A DNA stretch of 63,961 nucleotides, counting the filler, from Octopus bimaculoides (lineage: Eukaryota), in the NCBI RefSeq assembly GCF_001194135.2. It is 8 parts of 8 records of this genome, joined end to end, with 100 filler letters (N's around TTAATTAATTAA, not from the genome) between each part and the next. Parts side by side here need not be neighbours in the genome. Positions count along the whole stretch, not along the records: positions 37,289 to 47,450 come from NC_068982.1; positions 47,551 to 51,830 come from NC_068981.1; 6 more parts are not named here. One strand, given 5' to 3'. The stretch's first letter is position 1. Every line of letters begins with the position of its first letter. Below are positions 37,715 to 50,304 of the stretch, piece by piece. A program made the translations under genes and the position numbers. The notes under the pieces were generated by a model. The model saw nothing but the letters and a program-made list of their open reading frames with translations. It did not search any database and was not told where the DNA came from.

Positions 37715-37915
37715 TTAATGATTGGTCGTTTGGGCCTATCATGTGAGCTTGGAACGTTTGGTTGAGTCCTGTATTTTGATTGGTCAAACATTGCGCGGGA
37801 TATGGATCTCGGATCCCATCACTTTGTGCGTAATGCTTCTTAAATTACTAACCTAAACTGTCGCTGGGAGCCTGCGTCTCTCTATATAAAACCCCTATTG
37901 CAGAAAGGTGAGAGG
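37715..37915 (+). promoter_or_regulatory. Candidate Pol II promoter (two inverted CCAAT boxes + TATA)
   Basis: GATTGGTC with ATTGG at 37721 and 37779, TATATAAAA at 37883-37891, locally CpG-richer non-repeat sequence. Motif-only evidence. Confidence 0.25.
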
Positions 37916-38234
37916 ATTCCGGGGGTACGCGGAATATTTTCCTGCTGTTAAAACGAAGCACTTGTAACCAACCTCAAACCATTTTTGAAGATTCCGCAGA
38001 AATAAAGTAATATGAACACTGTCCTTTCTTCTTGGCTAAGCGGCAAAAAAATCTTGTTTCCACAGTGTACATCCAGGACCACTTCAATGAAAAAAATAAT
38101 GGCTGTTATCTCTAGCACGTCAATAGTTGGCTTCTATTCTTAAGTTCATTTTTGCTTTGTAATCTGCATTGAAGCAAATGGAATTACTTCTTTACTGGTT
38201 TTATTAGCATATCAATATTCAATATTGATGAGGC

Positions 38235-38585
38235 AGGGAGCTGGTAGAAACGTTAGCACGCCAGGAGGGGTACATCGATTGTAATCGATGTACCCCTTTC
38301 CCCGAATTTTGTGGTGCTGTGCCAAAATTTGAAACCAATATTCAATATTAATAAAAGGGTGAGCTGGCAGAATCGTTACAGCGCGGACAAAATTCTCAGC
38401 AGTATTTCGTCTGGCTTTACGTTTGAGTTCAAATTCCGTCGAGGTTAGCATTGCCTTTCATCCTTTCGGGATCGATAAGTAAGTACCAGTTGAGTGCTGG
38501 AGTCAATGTAATCAACTTACCCTCTACACCGAAACCGTTGGCCTTGTGCCAAAATTTAGAACCAATATTCAATATCAATATATCA
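38235..38585 (+). mobile_element. Head-to-tail pair of SINE A copies (first internally deleted)
   Basis: gagctggtagaaacgttagcacgcc (38237) and gagctggcagaatcgtta (38361); both end tgtgccaaaattt(g/ag)aa(a)ccaatattcaatat. Confidence 0.8.
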
Positions 38586-39191
38586 CAATATTCAAATTTC
38601 CTATCATTTGCACTCATTTTCCAAACAGTCTTTATCTAAGCTTTATTATTTCCCTCTAGTTTGTAGTCGCCACTAATTGGTTGTTAAATTCTCGTTCCAA
38701 AGCAATGATTGGCTATATCTCGTCTGTGAATGAGAGTTTATATCTTATCTAACCTTTCATAATATAAATTTTCAAGAGAACTATTAGATATTTAATACTT
38801 GTCTTTGACCTCTGATTGTTGGGTTACTTTCTTTCAAAGTATTTGAATGACAGTATAAAACGGGTTTCTAATGTTTGTTATTTATCTTAATTTTTGAGTC
38901 ATCTTCCCCTCAGAATGTCGGTAATTGGTGAATCATAAATATTTTCCTCGTTACTAATTCTTGTCTGTTATATGTTCCTTTTTGGCTGTCCTTCACACCA
39001 TAAAAGTCTTAACTACACATACGTTTGGGACACACACACACGCATACACATACACACACGCAAACATACACATGCACACTCACATATGCATACGCCTGCA
39101 CACACGCATGCTTGCACAGATACACACGGGCACACGTGTATATACATGTATATATATATATACACATATACTCACGCATATAATGTATGTA

Positions 39192-39233
<42 letters not shown>

Positions 39234-40000
39234 NNNNNNNNNNNNNNNNNNNNNNNNNNNNNNNNNNNNNNNNNNNNNNNNNNNNNNNNNNNNNNNNNNN
39301 NNNNNNNNNNNNNNNNNNNNNNNNNNNNNNNNNNNNNNNNNNNNNNNNNNNNNNNNNNNNNNNNNNNNNNNNNNNNNNNNNNNNNNNNNNNNNNNNNNNN
39401 NNNNNNNNNNNNNNNNNNNNNNNNNNNNNNNNNNNNNNNNNNNNNNNNNNNNNNNNNNNNNNNNNNNNNNNNNNNNNNNNNNNNNNNNNNNNNNNNNNNN
39501 NNNNNNNNNNNNNNNNNNNNNNNNNNNNNNNNNNNNNNNNNNNNNNNNNNNNNNNNNNNNNNNNNNNNNNNNNNNNNNNNNNNNNNNNNNNNNNNNNNNN
39601 NNNNNNNNNNNNNNNNNNNNNNNNNNNNNNNNNNNNNNNNNNNNNNNNNNNNNNNNNNNNNNNNNNNNNNNNNNNNNNNNNNNNNNNNNNNNNNNNNNNN
39701 NNNNNNNNNNNNNNNNNNNNNNNNNNNNNNNNNNNNNNNNNNNNNNNNNNNNNNNNNNNNNNNNNNNNNNNNNNNNNNNNNNNNNNNNNNNNNNNNNNNN
39801 NNNNNNNNNNNNNNNNNNNNNNNNNNNNNNNNNNNNNNNNNNNNNNNNNNNNNNNNNNNNNNNNNNNNNNNNNNNNNNNNNNNNNNNNNNNNNNNNNNNN
39901 NNNNNNNNNNNNNNNNNNNNNNNNNNNNNNNNNNNNNNNNNNNNNNNNNNNNNNNATATACGTATGTATGTATGTATGTATGTATGTATGTATATATATA

Positions 40001-41911
40001 CCGTAAATCCTCGTGTATGGTCCGCCCTTGAGTATAATACGCAAGGGATTTTTAGGGGGTTGTACCTCTGAAAAACCTAAACCTTGTGTATAATACGCAC
40101 CCTTTCTCTAACTTGAATCAAGGAGGTCTATATAACGTCCTTGGTTTGTAAACATATATACGGTAACGTCCTTTATTATTATTGTATATATAGCATAATG
40201 CAAACGTGTAGCTTTCTTGTGCACTTTGTTTGCAGAAAATAAAGAAATAACAGTAATAACGTCTGATCGGGAGCGCGAACCCTTCTACCTTTAGTGTCCA
40301 GTCGACATCTATTCAGTCCATAAATCACGCAATTTCTAATCGGTTTGTTAATAGAGACATCTAATGGCTGCAATATGGAGGTCATACCCACTGGAATGAT
40401 AGTAACATCTGTTTTGTGACCTTTTTTTTAAATGCTTGAGTTTATCTTCACTTCTGTGGCATCTAAAAGCATCTAGTACAAGCAAGCTGTTGTGCTGTTT
40501 AATTGCTCCACCAGGACGATTTCCCCATACAGTGTCAATCCAATCTCTAAATAACTCATCATTAATCCAGCCTTTTTGTTGATATCTAACAATAATCCCT
40601 GTTGGAAATTCCACGTTTTTGGGTGCTGTTTTATGTTTGAATATTATATAAGGTTTAAGTTGGGTTCCGTCAACCATACAAGCTAACATGGCGATAAAAC
40701 GATTTTTTTTTTTCATGGCCGTGGTTTTAATTGTAATTGACGATGTAGCACTGAAATCTATTGTGCTATCTGCAGGCATATCAAAAGTTAACGGGGTCTG
40801 GTCCGCATTACCAATCAACGACAATGGGTAATTCTTTTCCCGTCGCATGTTAATAATAAACTTTTGAAAGTTCATTAACTTCTCTTCAATATCAGCTGGT
40901 AACTTTTGTGAAATGTGGGTTCACCTCCTAATAGACAAGTCATGCCTTGACATAAAGTTACTGGCCCAGCCATGTGATGCTTTAAATTCTGACTCATTAA
41001 GTTTTATCTTTTTAGCAATGAGTTTTACCTGTAGCCTCAAATGTACTGTATTAATGGCTATTCCACCAAGTCTTCTTTCTTCTACCCATACAAGCAAATT
41101 GTTTTCAAGCTCAGGATGTTTGCCCCCCCCCTACCTTCTTTATCTTTGGCATCTGTTTAATTTCATCTTTATTTCTTCTCCATAACCTGACATTGCTTTC
41201 GAAAACATCAAATTTTCTTCCTGCGGCCCTATTACCATGCTCTTCAGCATATGATATAACTTCAAGCCTAAACATAGCTGAATAAGATCTACCAGGCATT
41301 TTATGGGTATGTAATGTATAAAATGTTTTATTAGAGATTAATGTACAGGTTTAAGTCCCGCTTATAAAAAAACCCTAGTAAAGATCCACAGTAGTTCAAA
41401 CATTTAATACCGGTATTTAATTATCGATTGTTTGCCATGGAAACGATGCAAACTGCCAATACAAACAGCAGGAAGAACTATTTAGCGCTAAACTATTAAG
41501 CACAATTCGTGCGTAAGTAAGCCAGCAGCACCAAGTCGAACAAACAATTCCGCGCATGCGTAATACAATAATGGGGATGTTCTTAACTGTTATATGGGAA
41601 TGTAAATATGTTTGCAAATTGTTTTTGTTACATGTTATTCTGTGTTCTGAATACTTTTATTTTAATAAATGTTGCTTACTGCAAGTTATGGATGATTCTT
41701 TTATGACTTCATTGCTTTCAGGCTTTGCTTAAGGTATTTTCGCGTCCAACATCACAAAATGTGTCTGAATAAACATTGCCGGACAACAAATAGAGACTCG
41801 AATATTGCTTAGAAAACATTTTTCATTTTTAACCTCGTATATAGTACGCACTAGGGATTTTGACCTTTAAATTTCGGGAAAAAAATGCGGATTATACTCG
41901 AGGATTTACGA
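40001..41911 (-). mobile_element. Near full-length pogo-family DNA transposon (POGK/Passer-like), transposase frameshifted
   Basis: TIRs ccgtaaatcctcg.gtat..tccgc / gcggattatactcgaggatttacg in TA context. Minus ORFs: Brinker-like DBD (YSAMFRLEVISYAEEHGNRAAGRKF), CENP-B-like HTH, DDE_1 (NADQTP...LLVLDAFRCH...TSILQPLDVSINKP). Confidence 0.92.
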
Positions 41912-41934
41912 TATATATATATAAAATATATATG

Positions 41935-42102
41935 TAAAATTTTAGCCTACGGCCACCAATTTAGGGGGAAGGGGAGTCGATTATATTGACCCCAGCGCCC
42001 AGCTGGTACTTATTTTATCGACCCCGAAAGGATGAAAGGCAAAATCGACCTAGGCAGAATTTGAACTCAGAACGTAACAACGGACGAAATGCCGCTAATC
42101 AT
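41935..42102 (-). mobile_element. SINE family A
   Basis: ctggtacttattttatcgaccccgaaaggatgaaaggcaaa...tttgaactcagaacg. Confidence 0.85.
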
Positions 42103-42114
42103 TAACTTACTTTT

Positions 42115-42350
42115 AATTTATTTATTTATATCAAGTCTCAGCTCCTTTCCGCAGCTTACAGACTAAATACTTTTCTCATCACATGGACTGCTCCAAGTAG
42201 TGCTGCAGCTGAATATTTCCTATTAAGTTTGTTATTCGCAGCTTTTGATGTCAGAATATTTCTTGCTTTGAGTGCACCGATCACAATAGGTACCTCACTC
42301 GCTGTTGAGGCTCTATCCATTCGTTTCACTTTCAATTCTGTTTCCATTTC
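42115..42350 (-). mobile_element. R4/Dong-clade non-LTR retrotransposon C-terminus (REL endonuclease end)
   Basis: EVPIVIGALK...AAALLGAVHVMRKVFSL resembles the VVPIVIGALG...KAALLGTA.ILRKVL terminus. Confidence 0.7.
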
Positions 42351-42393
42351 TTGCCGAGTGTCTTCCTGACACCTAGGGTAGAGAAACGCACAA

Positions 42394-42394
<1 letters not shown>

Positions 42395-42427
<33 letters not shown>

Positions 42428-42985
42428 GAGTGAGAGAGCAGTGCATGCCATCAAAGTGACACTGGAGTAAAATATACGAAGCCCAGTATACCCATCATGA
42501 CTACTCGTCTGATAAGGGTACACCAGGCACATGCATCAAAACCATATGTGCGAGTCATGGTGATCCCATATCAAAATAAACAGCGCATGACCTTGCAGGT
42601 GGGGCCCAGTTAGAGTTTTCTTCAGGTCGAGTAATCCATCCCGTTCAAATGGTCCTTGAATAAGGTTTGTTTAAGGATGTTGAACGAAACACCCATATTT
42701 CCAGAGGTGAATTATCCAAGCCCCACAGAATTCCTCTCAACACATGGCTATGATGCTCTCCCACTACCTCTGCTCGTGATCAGAGATGCACATATCGTCA
42801 GCCACTAAGAGTCATGCTCAACTGGTTACGGTCAAACAACTGACAAGCAGATCTGTGGTATTGAGCAGAATATTTGCTGTAGCCCATCTTTTTATACTAA
42901 GACAAAACAATGTACATGATAACACTTCCAATCAGTTAAGATCAGAAGCCATGAGAGCCACTGCCTGGTACTGCATCATATTATT
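42395..42985 (-). mobile_element. ~570-bp non-coding interspersed element ending in an (AAT)n tail, bounded by microsatellites
   Basis: Complex non-coding sequence between (TAT)n at 42395-42428 and (TAT/CAT)n at 42980-43040; no long ORF; family status inferred, not seen twice in this window. Confidence 0.45.
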
Positions 42986-42994
42986 ATCATTATT

Positions 42995-43039
<45 letters not shown>

Positions 43040-43041
<2 letters not shown>

Positions 43042-43600
43042 TTCTTTCTATCACAGGTTTTGTTGGAACTCCTGGAGTCTTGCATGCGTAGCACGTGTCT
43101 GCACGTGGATGATGGGCTCCATGCATCGTTAAGAGCCTTCTTCACTTCCTGTCCATCTCTTTTAGCTCCTCCTCTGTCCACTTGATGATTCCAGCGCCAT
43201 AGCGCACTACTGCGACTGTACGCGAGTTTATTGCCGAAATTATGTTTCTGGCATCCAGCTTTGAAGCCAGTATCTTTCTCATTCACCGCAGGTACTCTCT
43301 TTTTGTCTTTTCCTTCATGTCATTGTGTTTAATTCCATCTGCCTCACGTATTCTTAGGTATTCATAGCCGGACTGAGATTGAATTGCCTTCATCATCTCA
43401 CCACTTGGCAAACCTATGCCTTCTGTTCTGTCAAGCTTTCCTCGTCTCTTCACCATCGTAGCACATTTTGAGAGCCCAGACTCCATCTTTAAATCCGCAC
43501 AGATTGACTAGGCTGTCCAGTTCTGCCTCATTTTTTGTCAACAACTTCAGTTTTCCTTTACCGCTTCCCAGGTCATACACCAACTTTGTTTTCTGTAGTA
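43040..43600 (-). mobile_element. R4/Dong RT C-terminal fragment
   Basis: MESGLSKCATMVKRRGKLDRTEGIGLPSG...YEYLRIRE...MKEKTKREYLR then frameshifted AGIIKWTEEELKEMDRK; typical MEFGLDKCA...YKYLG region. Confidence 0.85.
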
Positions 43601-43617
43601 TTTCACTCAAAGGAATC

Positions 43618-43708
<91 letters not shown>

Positions 43709-44030
43709 ATTATTATTATTATGTTTGACTTTTGCTTTACATTTGTACAAGTTGGCTCCAAGTCTCACCCAGAGACATCAAGAGACAAGTTAGAAGTTCA
43801 TATTGGTGTTATGCTTAGGGTGCCATATATTGGGTTTTGTACATAGTGTTGTTCTAGAGAATGTTTAAGAAACCATAAGAAAATTATGTGTTTGTTTTAA
43901 AACTTGAGATTACATAGAAAGTATTTTGCGTAGGATATGGGCAGTTCCCATGAGTATTATCTTCTGAATTTCTGCCATTTTGGAGTTTCCTGGCAGATCA
44001 AAGTCCAAATGTCTACACCAATGCAATGAC
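43618..44030 (-). mobile_element. 3' end of another R4/Dong-like element with 3' UTR and (AAT)/(AAC)n tail
   Basis: Minus strand AEIQKIILMGTAHILRKILSM* followed by a UTR and the compound microsatellite at 43618-43710. Confidence 0.75.
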
Positions 44031-44619
44031 GATAGACAGCAGTAGCAGTAACAATAACAAAACTAGCATTCACAAAAACAAAAACACAAAAGACAGAATC
44101 AATAATAGCGAAGTCGGAATTATACACATTGAAGGGGAATAGAAAATGTCACCGTTAACTGTTCGAAGTCCAAACGATATAGAATATGATTACTGCAACG
44201 ACGACAATACGATTTGAGTTCAAATTCAGCCGTGGTCGACTTGCCTTTCATACTTTCGAAGTCGATAAAATAAGTACCAGCCAAGTACTGGTACTTAACT
44301 TATTGCCTATCATGAGCTCCATTGGGGGAATCTTCTAAAGACAGTCCCACTGCCGGCTGTTCGCTGTATTTTTGCTTGTGTATTGCATTTGCAGAGACAA
44401 TAACACCCCCACCAACTTCAACGACAACATCGCCAACAGCTAAAACAAGACCACTAACACCAGTATGACCCGTAACAACTCCAACAACAATAATAACGGC
44501 ATCAGCAAGAGCAACACCAAAAAACCAGCTGCAACAACAACGATAATATTATAACTATCAGCAGCAGTATCGGCATCAACAAAAGCGCAGACTTTTACAA
44601 CAGTATCAACAGTAATGCT

Positions 44620-45900
44620 AATTACGAAGACACTAACGAGAACACACATCCGAAGGAAAAAAATTTCCTTCGCAAATATAATAAATACATGGACCACTTA
44701 TTTCTTGCAAGACAAAGCGGATGCAGTTAAATATCAGAAAGATATCATTCGAGCCTGTGTCATGGTTCTCCCAGAAGAGGAAAGGATTTCCACCAAAAGG
44801 AGAACAATAATTTACAAGTGCATTAATTACAGAGAGAGAAAGCCACTATACCCTTCCCCAGCCGATATAGAAAATGCCTGCAGGTGTGGCCTTCCGTAGT
44901 TTATGCCTGTCGAGGAAAACAATATAGGACCGTGGTAGCCATCTGTAGCAACGAAGAGGAAGCGCGTAGGATGACTACAATGACCTGCTCTTCTGACCAG
45001 TACGTGATGCTCTCTTTATACATGCGACGTCGAGTGACCAAAGTCAGGATCTCAGACGTACCTCCTCATAGGGACCAGGCTAGAGTAATGACCATGCTAG
45101 AGGAGCATTGAGAGGGGATAAGCTTACGACCAAGCCCCAAACAAAACAGAACAGGAATGTCCATGGAGTTCCAGATTTTGGTTGCTCCAGAAGAAATTCA
45201 TGCTATCCCGGACTTTTTCCGTTTCGGAGAGTGCGAGCAAATGCGGGTGATCGTGGAGGATAAGAAACTCACGTGTTACATCAGTGGAAAAACCGGTCAC
45301 TTAAAAGTTTTCTGTCCTACTGTGGAGAACTCGAGAGAGGTGCCTCACGCTGCCCCAATATTCCCAACACCAAATCCGTTGCAATCTCAAAGAGGAAAGC
45401 AGCGGCAACCACAAAGTCAAACACTGGAACGGAAACAATAAGGCTATAAGAAATCTTACCGACCCCTTGGATATAGAAGGGGCCCAAATGAGACAAAGGC
45501 ACCCGAGTGGGTGATCGTCGAGCGACCCTCAAAAAGGAAAAGGGGATATAAAATACAGATGTAACCTCTAAATCCCAAAAGTTTGTGGGCGTGAATCTGA
45601 GTAGCTTCGCAGCAGCCAATCTCGAAAACGCTACAACAAATCTCGAAAGCAAAGCTGCAAGCCAACAACCTCAGCAGCAGCAGCTGCAGAAGCTACAACA
45701 ACAACAAGAAGAGATAAATCAACTACAATATCAAGGAATGAAACAGCATTCTCAGCAACAGCGAGAGACACAAGATCTGCAACAGGGGAAGCCGAAACAA
45801 AAGAACCAAATCGACAACAATCACCAGAAGGCTGGAAGGCATATCAGCCGAAACGTTGTGTTAACAACAAACAAGATGAGGACAAATATCCATCGAATGT
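44620..45900 (+). mobile_element. L1/Tx1-clade-like ORF1 (RRM-like region, CCHC knuckle remnant, Q-rich tail), decayed
   Basis: VTKVRISDVPP...IPDFFRFG...MRVIVEDKKLTCYISGKTGHLKVFCP; homologous in layout to 56820-57520. Confidence 0.65.
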
Positions 45901-45949
45901 AAATAATGTAAATAATGTACATAATTCCTCATCTCTTAAATATAGAACT

Positions 45950-46352
45950 GAATCAGGATTCTCCGTAAAAGAATGTGGAGATAGCAGATGTGGAACATGC
46001 AGCAATAACTTTAAATACTTATAAAGTGGTTACCACATAAAATTCAAGAGCAGATTCTCGTTCAAAGTAAATACAGATATGAACTTCAAGATGCAGAATC
46101 TCATTACTTGTCCCAACTGCAAGGAAAATTACATTGGCAAAACAAACAATTCCCTCTGCCAACATGCAAGAATCCACAGGCAACACATCCGACAAGAGGA
46201 ATTGCCAAGATTCCACTGAGCAAGCATCTAGAAATATGCTGTGAAAGAGAATTCAAAATCTTTCCTTTCATAATGTTCAAAACATGACTAAAATTCTGAA
46301 AAGCAATGGAGTTACACTTCATTAAAAAATTCTCTCCACAGTTGAATGTTTG
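45950..46352 (+). mobile_element. Penelope-like element GIY-YIG endonuclease fragment
   Basis: ECGDSRCGTC...LITCPNCKENYIGKTNNSLCQHARIHRQHI...LSKHLEIC...FKIFPF...ELHFIKKFSPQLNV* (frameshifted). Confidence 0.85.
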
Positions 46353-46534
46353 AAAGAGAAGCAGAGGGACTATAGTATTATCATTTTTTTAAATAGTAAT
46401 GACGATGAATGAAGAGAAAACATTTATATTACACTGTTGTTTCTAAATATGGCTCCAATGTTAATAACGTGATACTCATGTCTATAAATGATTAGATATA
46501 TATAACATTGGGATTTGGACAACTGCTGTTCTTA

Positions 46535-46752
46535 TAGAACTTTTCTACTCTAGGCACAAAGCCCAAAATTTTGGGGGAGGGGAGCCAGTCGTTTAGATCG
46601 ACCCCAGTGTGCAACTGGTACTTAATTTATCGACCCGAAAGGATGAAAGACAAAGCCGACCTCAGCGGAATTTGAACTCAGAACGTAAAGACTGACGAAA
46701 TACCGCTAAGCATTTCGACCCGGCGTGCTAACGTTTCTGCCAGCTCGCCGCC
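46535..46752 (-). mobile_element. SINE family A, near full length
   Basis: actctaggcacaaagccc...ctgccagctcgccgcc. Confidence 0.9.
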
Positions 46753-47099
46753 TTAGAACTTACATATATTCGAGAAAGAATACTAGAACCATTTTACCAC
46801 TGATTAGGAAAGATATCTAATGTAGCTACTTGGCAAAGTTATTCGTGAAAAAAATCTTTTTTGAATTATCTTATCCAAGCGAGCAAGAAAAAGAAAATAA
46901 ATCGAACAAAAGGATGAAAGATACTCACAAATATATTTAAGTTTGCCCTGCTTTATCATATGATTTATATCCTAAGATAGTGGCTTCCATCTAAATATAC
47001 AATATACATATATATACAAAACTCATTCATGATGTTTGATTTAATGTACACTAGCAGAGATACCCGGCCTTGGTCGGGATTAAAATGGCATAGATTTTT

Positions 47100-47290
47100 A
47101 TTGCTTTACTTGTTTCAGTCATGTGACTGCGGTCATGTTGAAGTACCACGGTTGATCGAAGAAATCAACCGCAGGATTTATTCTTTGTAAGCCTAGTACT
47201 CATTGTGTCAGTGTCTTTTTCCAAACCGCTAAGTTACGGGAATGTAAACACAGCAACATCAGCTGTCAAGCAATGGTGGGGGTACAAACA
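47100..47290 (-). mobile_element. SINE family C
   Basis: ctttacttgtttcagtcatgtgactgcgg...aaaccgctaagttacgggaatgtaaacac. Confidence 0.8.
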
Positions 47291-48129
47291 CAAGACACAG
47301 GAACACACATATACAAATATACACATATACATCCATACATATACATATATGTACGTACACACACGATAGACGTGTGGTAATAAAGGTAATGGCAATGTTA
47401 TATATATAGGAAAATGATGCTTTTATGAACTAATAAGATATTAAGTGTATNNNNNNNNNNNNNNNNNNNNNNNNNNNNNNNNNNNNNNNNNNNNTTAATT
47501 AATTAANNNNNNNNNNNNNNNNNNNNNNNNNNNNNNNNNNNNNNNNNNNNCCGAGGTCGACTTTGTCTTTCATCCTTTCGGGTGAAACACTGGGTTTGAT
47601 GTGATCAACTAGTCCCATACCCCAAAACTTCCGGCCGTGTGCCTTTAGTAGAAATGATTATTTAGATAAAGTTAAGTTCTGCTTCGGTCCAACTTGCCTT
47701 TCGCCCGTCTCAGTCGTCAAATCCTGGGCTTGATGTAATCAACTTCCTTCTCTCCATCAAAAACTGCTACTCCTTGCCAATACTGCCCGCGTAACATAGG
47801 TATGCTAGGGTATTCCAGTGAATTAAAAATAATAAGTACGAACCACAAATAGACAGAAATGTTGTCTTAATTCATGCCACAAGAAAAATAGCAGAAAAAG
47901 AAAAAAGACAGAACAACTGAGGTGCGTCCTTCTAATTTATTTCTATGAACGAGGCTAAAATTGCATGCGTATTAAAAAAGCTATACTTTACGTCTTAGAA
48001 TTCTCTCTGATTTGAAATGTTATTGTTAGACCGACGTTTCTGTTGTGGATATCTCATCTGCTTTTCAGACTATAAAGACGTATTATCTAATCTTTCTTTT
48101 CCTTACTAACACGATATATTATAATTTGA

Positions 48130-48530
48130 GGTACATATGGTTGCTATTTCTAACGAGTTCAGCAGCTATGTAGCATGTCCATCACTGGCTCCTCAGCACC
48201 TTGGTTTTTCATACAAACTGCTCAATTTGTGGAATCTGTCAATGTGTGTAAGTGTGTTTTTAGAGTTATATTATCGAATCGAACATGATAAAGAATTTAT
48301 TTACTTTCTTACGAAAAGAAAGAAAACTGTTATCTTTGCTTATTCTGGTCAATAACTGTTTCAGTTTCATTCTCTTCGAACTCACTGTGACAGGCCAAGC
48401 GTTGTGGCTTTCACTTGGCGATATTGGAAATAACCAGTATGATTCAATTTGTATTATAAAGCCAAGTTTGTTGTTACATGAAATTCACCTCGACGCAAGA
48501 GAGCAAGAGTCAAAATTCACCATTGTTCTC
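48130..48530 (-). mobile_element. Penelope-like endonuclease C-terminal remnant
   Basis: NHTGYFQYRQVKATTL...SLYEK...LLNSLEI, a more decayed counterpart of 53200-53515. Confidence 0.5.
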
Positions 48531-48650
48531 CAGCATTGCTAATTATAAGTTTCTGCAGGTTAATTTGCAGTCAAGTTGTGCNNNNNNNNNNTATATATAT
48601 ATATATATATATAATGTATGTATATATGTGTGTATCTATGTTTATGTTTG

Positions 48651-48684
<34 letters not shown>

Positions 48685-50304
48685 CATATATATATTTGTG
48701 TATATGTATATATTATGTACTTACATGTACGTAAATATATATATATATATTCTTATATATGTGTACGTATGGACGCACAAAAACACAGACACAGGCACAC
48801 ACACACACTCACACACACACAAAACAAGCGTACAAAAGCACAAGTATATATAAACATGTATGTATGTATGTATGTAAGTATGTATGTATGCATGTATGTA
48901 TGTATGTATGTATCTATCTATCTATCTATCTATCCAATTATATATTTGATTTTCCAGTTTTCCTAATTCGTGGGTGAGAAAAAAATGTGTTAGGTCATGA
49001 TCAAGTAAATTATGTGTGTTTAATGTTTTGTATATAATTTTTTATTTATGTTACTTTTTCTAATATATTTTACAGAAACAATTAACGAGAATATTTATCC
49101 GTTTCATGTTATTGTGTTTGATGCTGTCAGGCTATTGTTGGAGCTTCTTGATGCTGCTAATGTGGTTTTTGTTTACAATTAGTCCTGTTCTCTACGATGA
49201 ACACACAAAACTGTTCTTTTCCTGCTTTCCCAAGTTTTGTTTCTTCTTTTATTTATTATCTGTTTTTTTTTGTTTAGTTTCTGGATTTTGAGTTATTTTG
49301 CTCTTTTAAGTAATTATTTTTGCTTTACGTGTTTACTTTGTGTCTTAAGAATTATTTGGGAGGCTTGGAAGGTCAATGAGTTCAGTGCCATTGTCTTCAG
49401 AAGACTAGCCTAAATTTGGCACTTTAATCATTTATGTCTTCTTTTATGCGTCTCATCGTGTCATTTACCTCGAGTACTATTGATGCGATAATCGGCGGGA
49501 TGCATTTTAGATATTATCAGAGAGAATGTAAAGGGTTCACCCGAGATTGTTTTCATCCACAATCCCCCACCAAACAAAATCTCTTCCACCGGGAAGCTCT
49601 GCTATTGTATGAGAAATTATTGTATTTCATTGTCGTATAGTTTGTAAAACTATATATTTGTGGTGAAAATAATGATATATTAATAAATATACAGAACATG
49701 CTTCCGAGCTGCATAACTCACAAGCGTGCAAGGATATCACCCTGTCCTCTTGTTCTCTACCTCCTTTACTATCAATGACAACATATTAATTGAGCTTTTT
49801 TCTTTTGGCTATCGATTAGTAGTGTGTTATCTCTGAAACCTTATAAATTTATAAGGCATGCTGCAAACCAGAGCTCTCTTTGGTTCAGAATTAGCCAGGT
49901 AAACATAACTTTGATTCAGCAAACATGAAAGCATACACATCTGTATCACTGGATAAGAGAGGATTTAGAAATAGAAGTTAAGTTTTATGTTTCGGTTTTT
50001 GTTATGTTTAGTCTGAAGTGTGTTTCGACATTTGGAAAAGAGCACTTCCTCCAAGCGCTATTATTGTTTCACCACAAGTCAGTCTTGTTTCAGCAATAAT
50101 CTCATCTTAGCTTTCACAGGTATTGTATCTAAAATTATATTATATAATGTGGCATTTTTAAAGTGCCAAGGCTTTGTGCTCTTAGTACAGCGAGCGATTG
50201 TATAGTGAATCCCGTTGATTTACTCCCAAGTAAGTTATAGTTGTGTGGTACTGTAAGGAAAATCTGTGATAATATTGAATTTGTCATCACATATTTATAT
50301 TATG

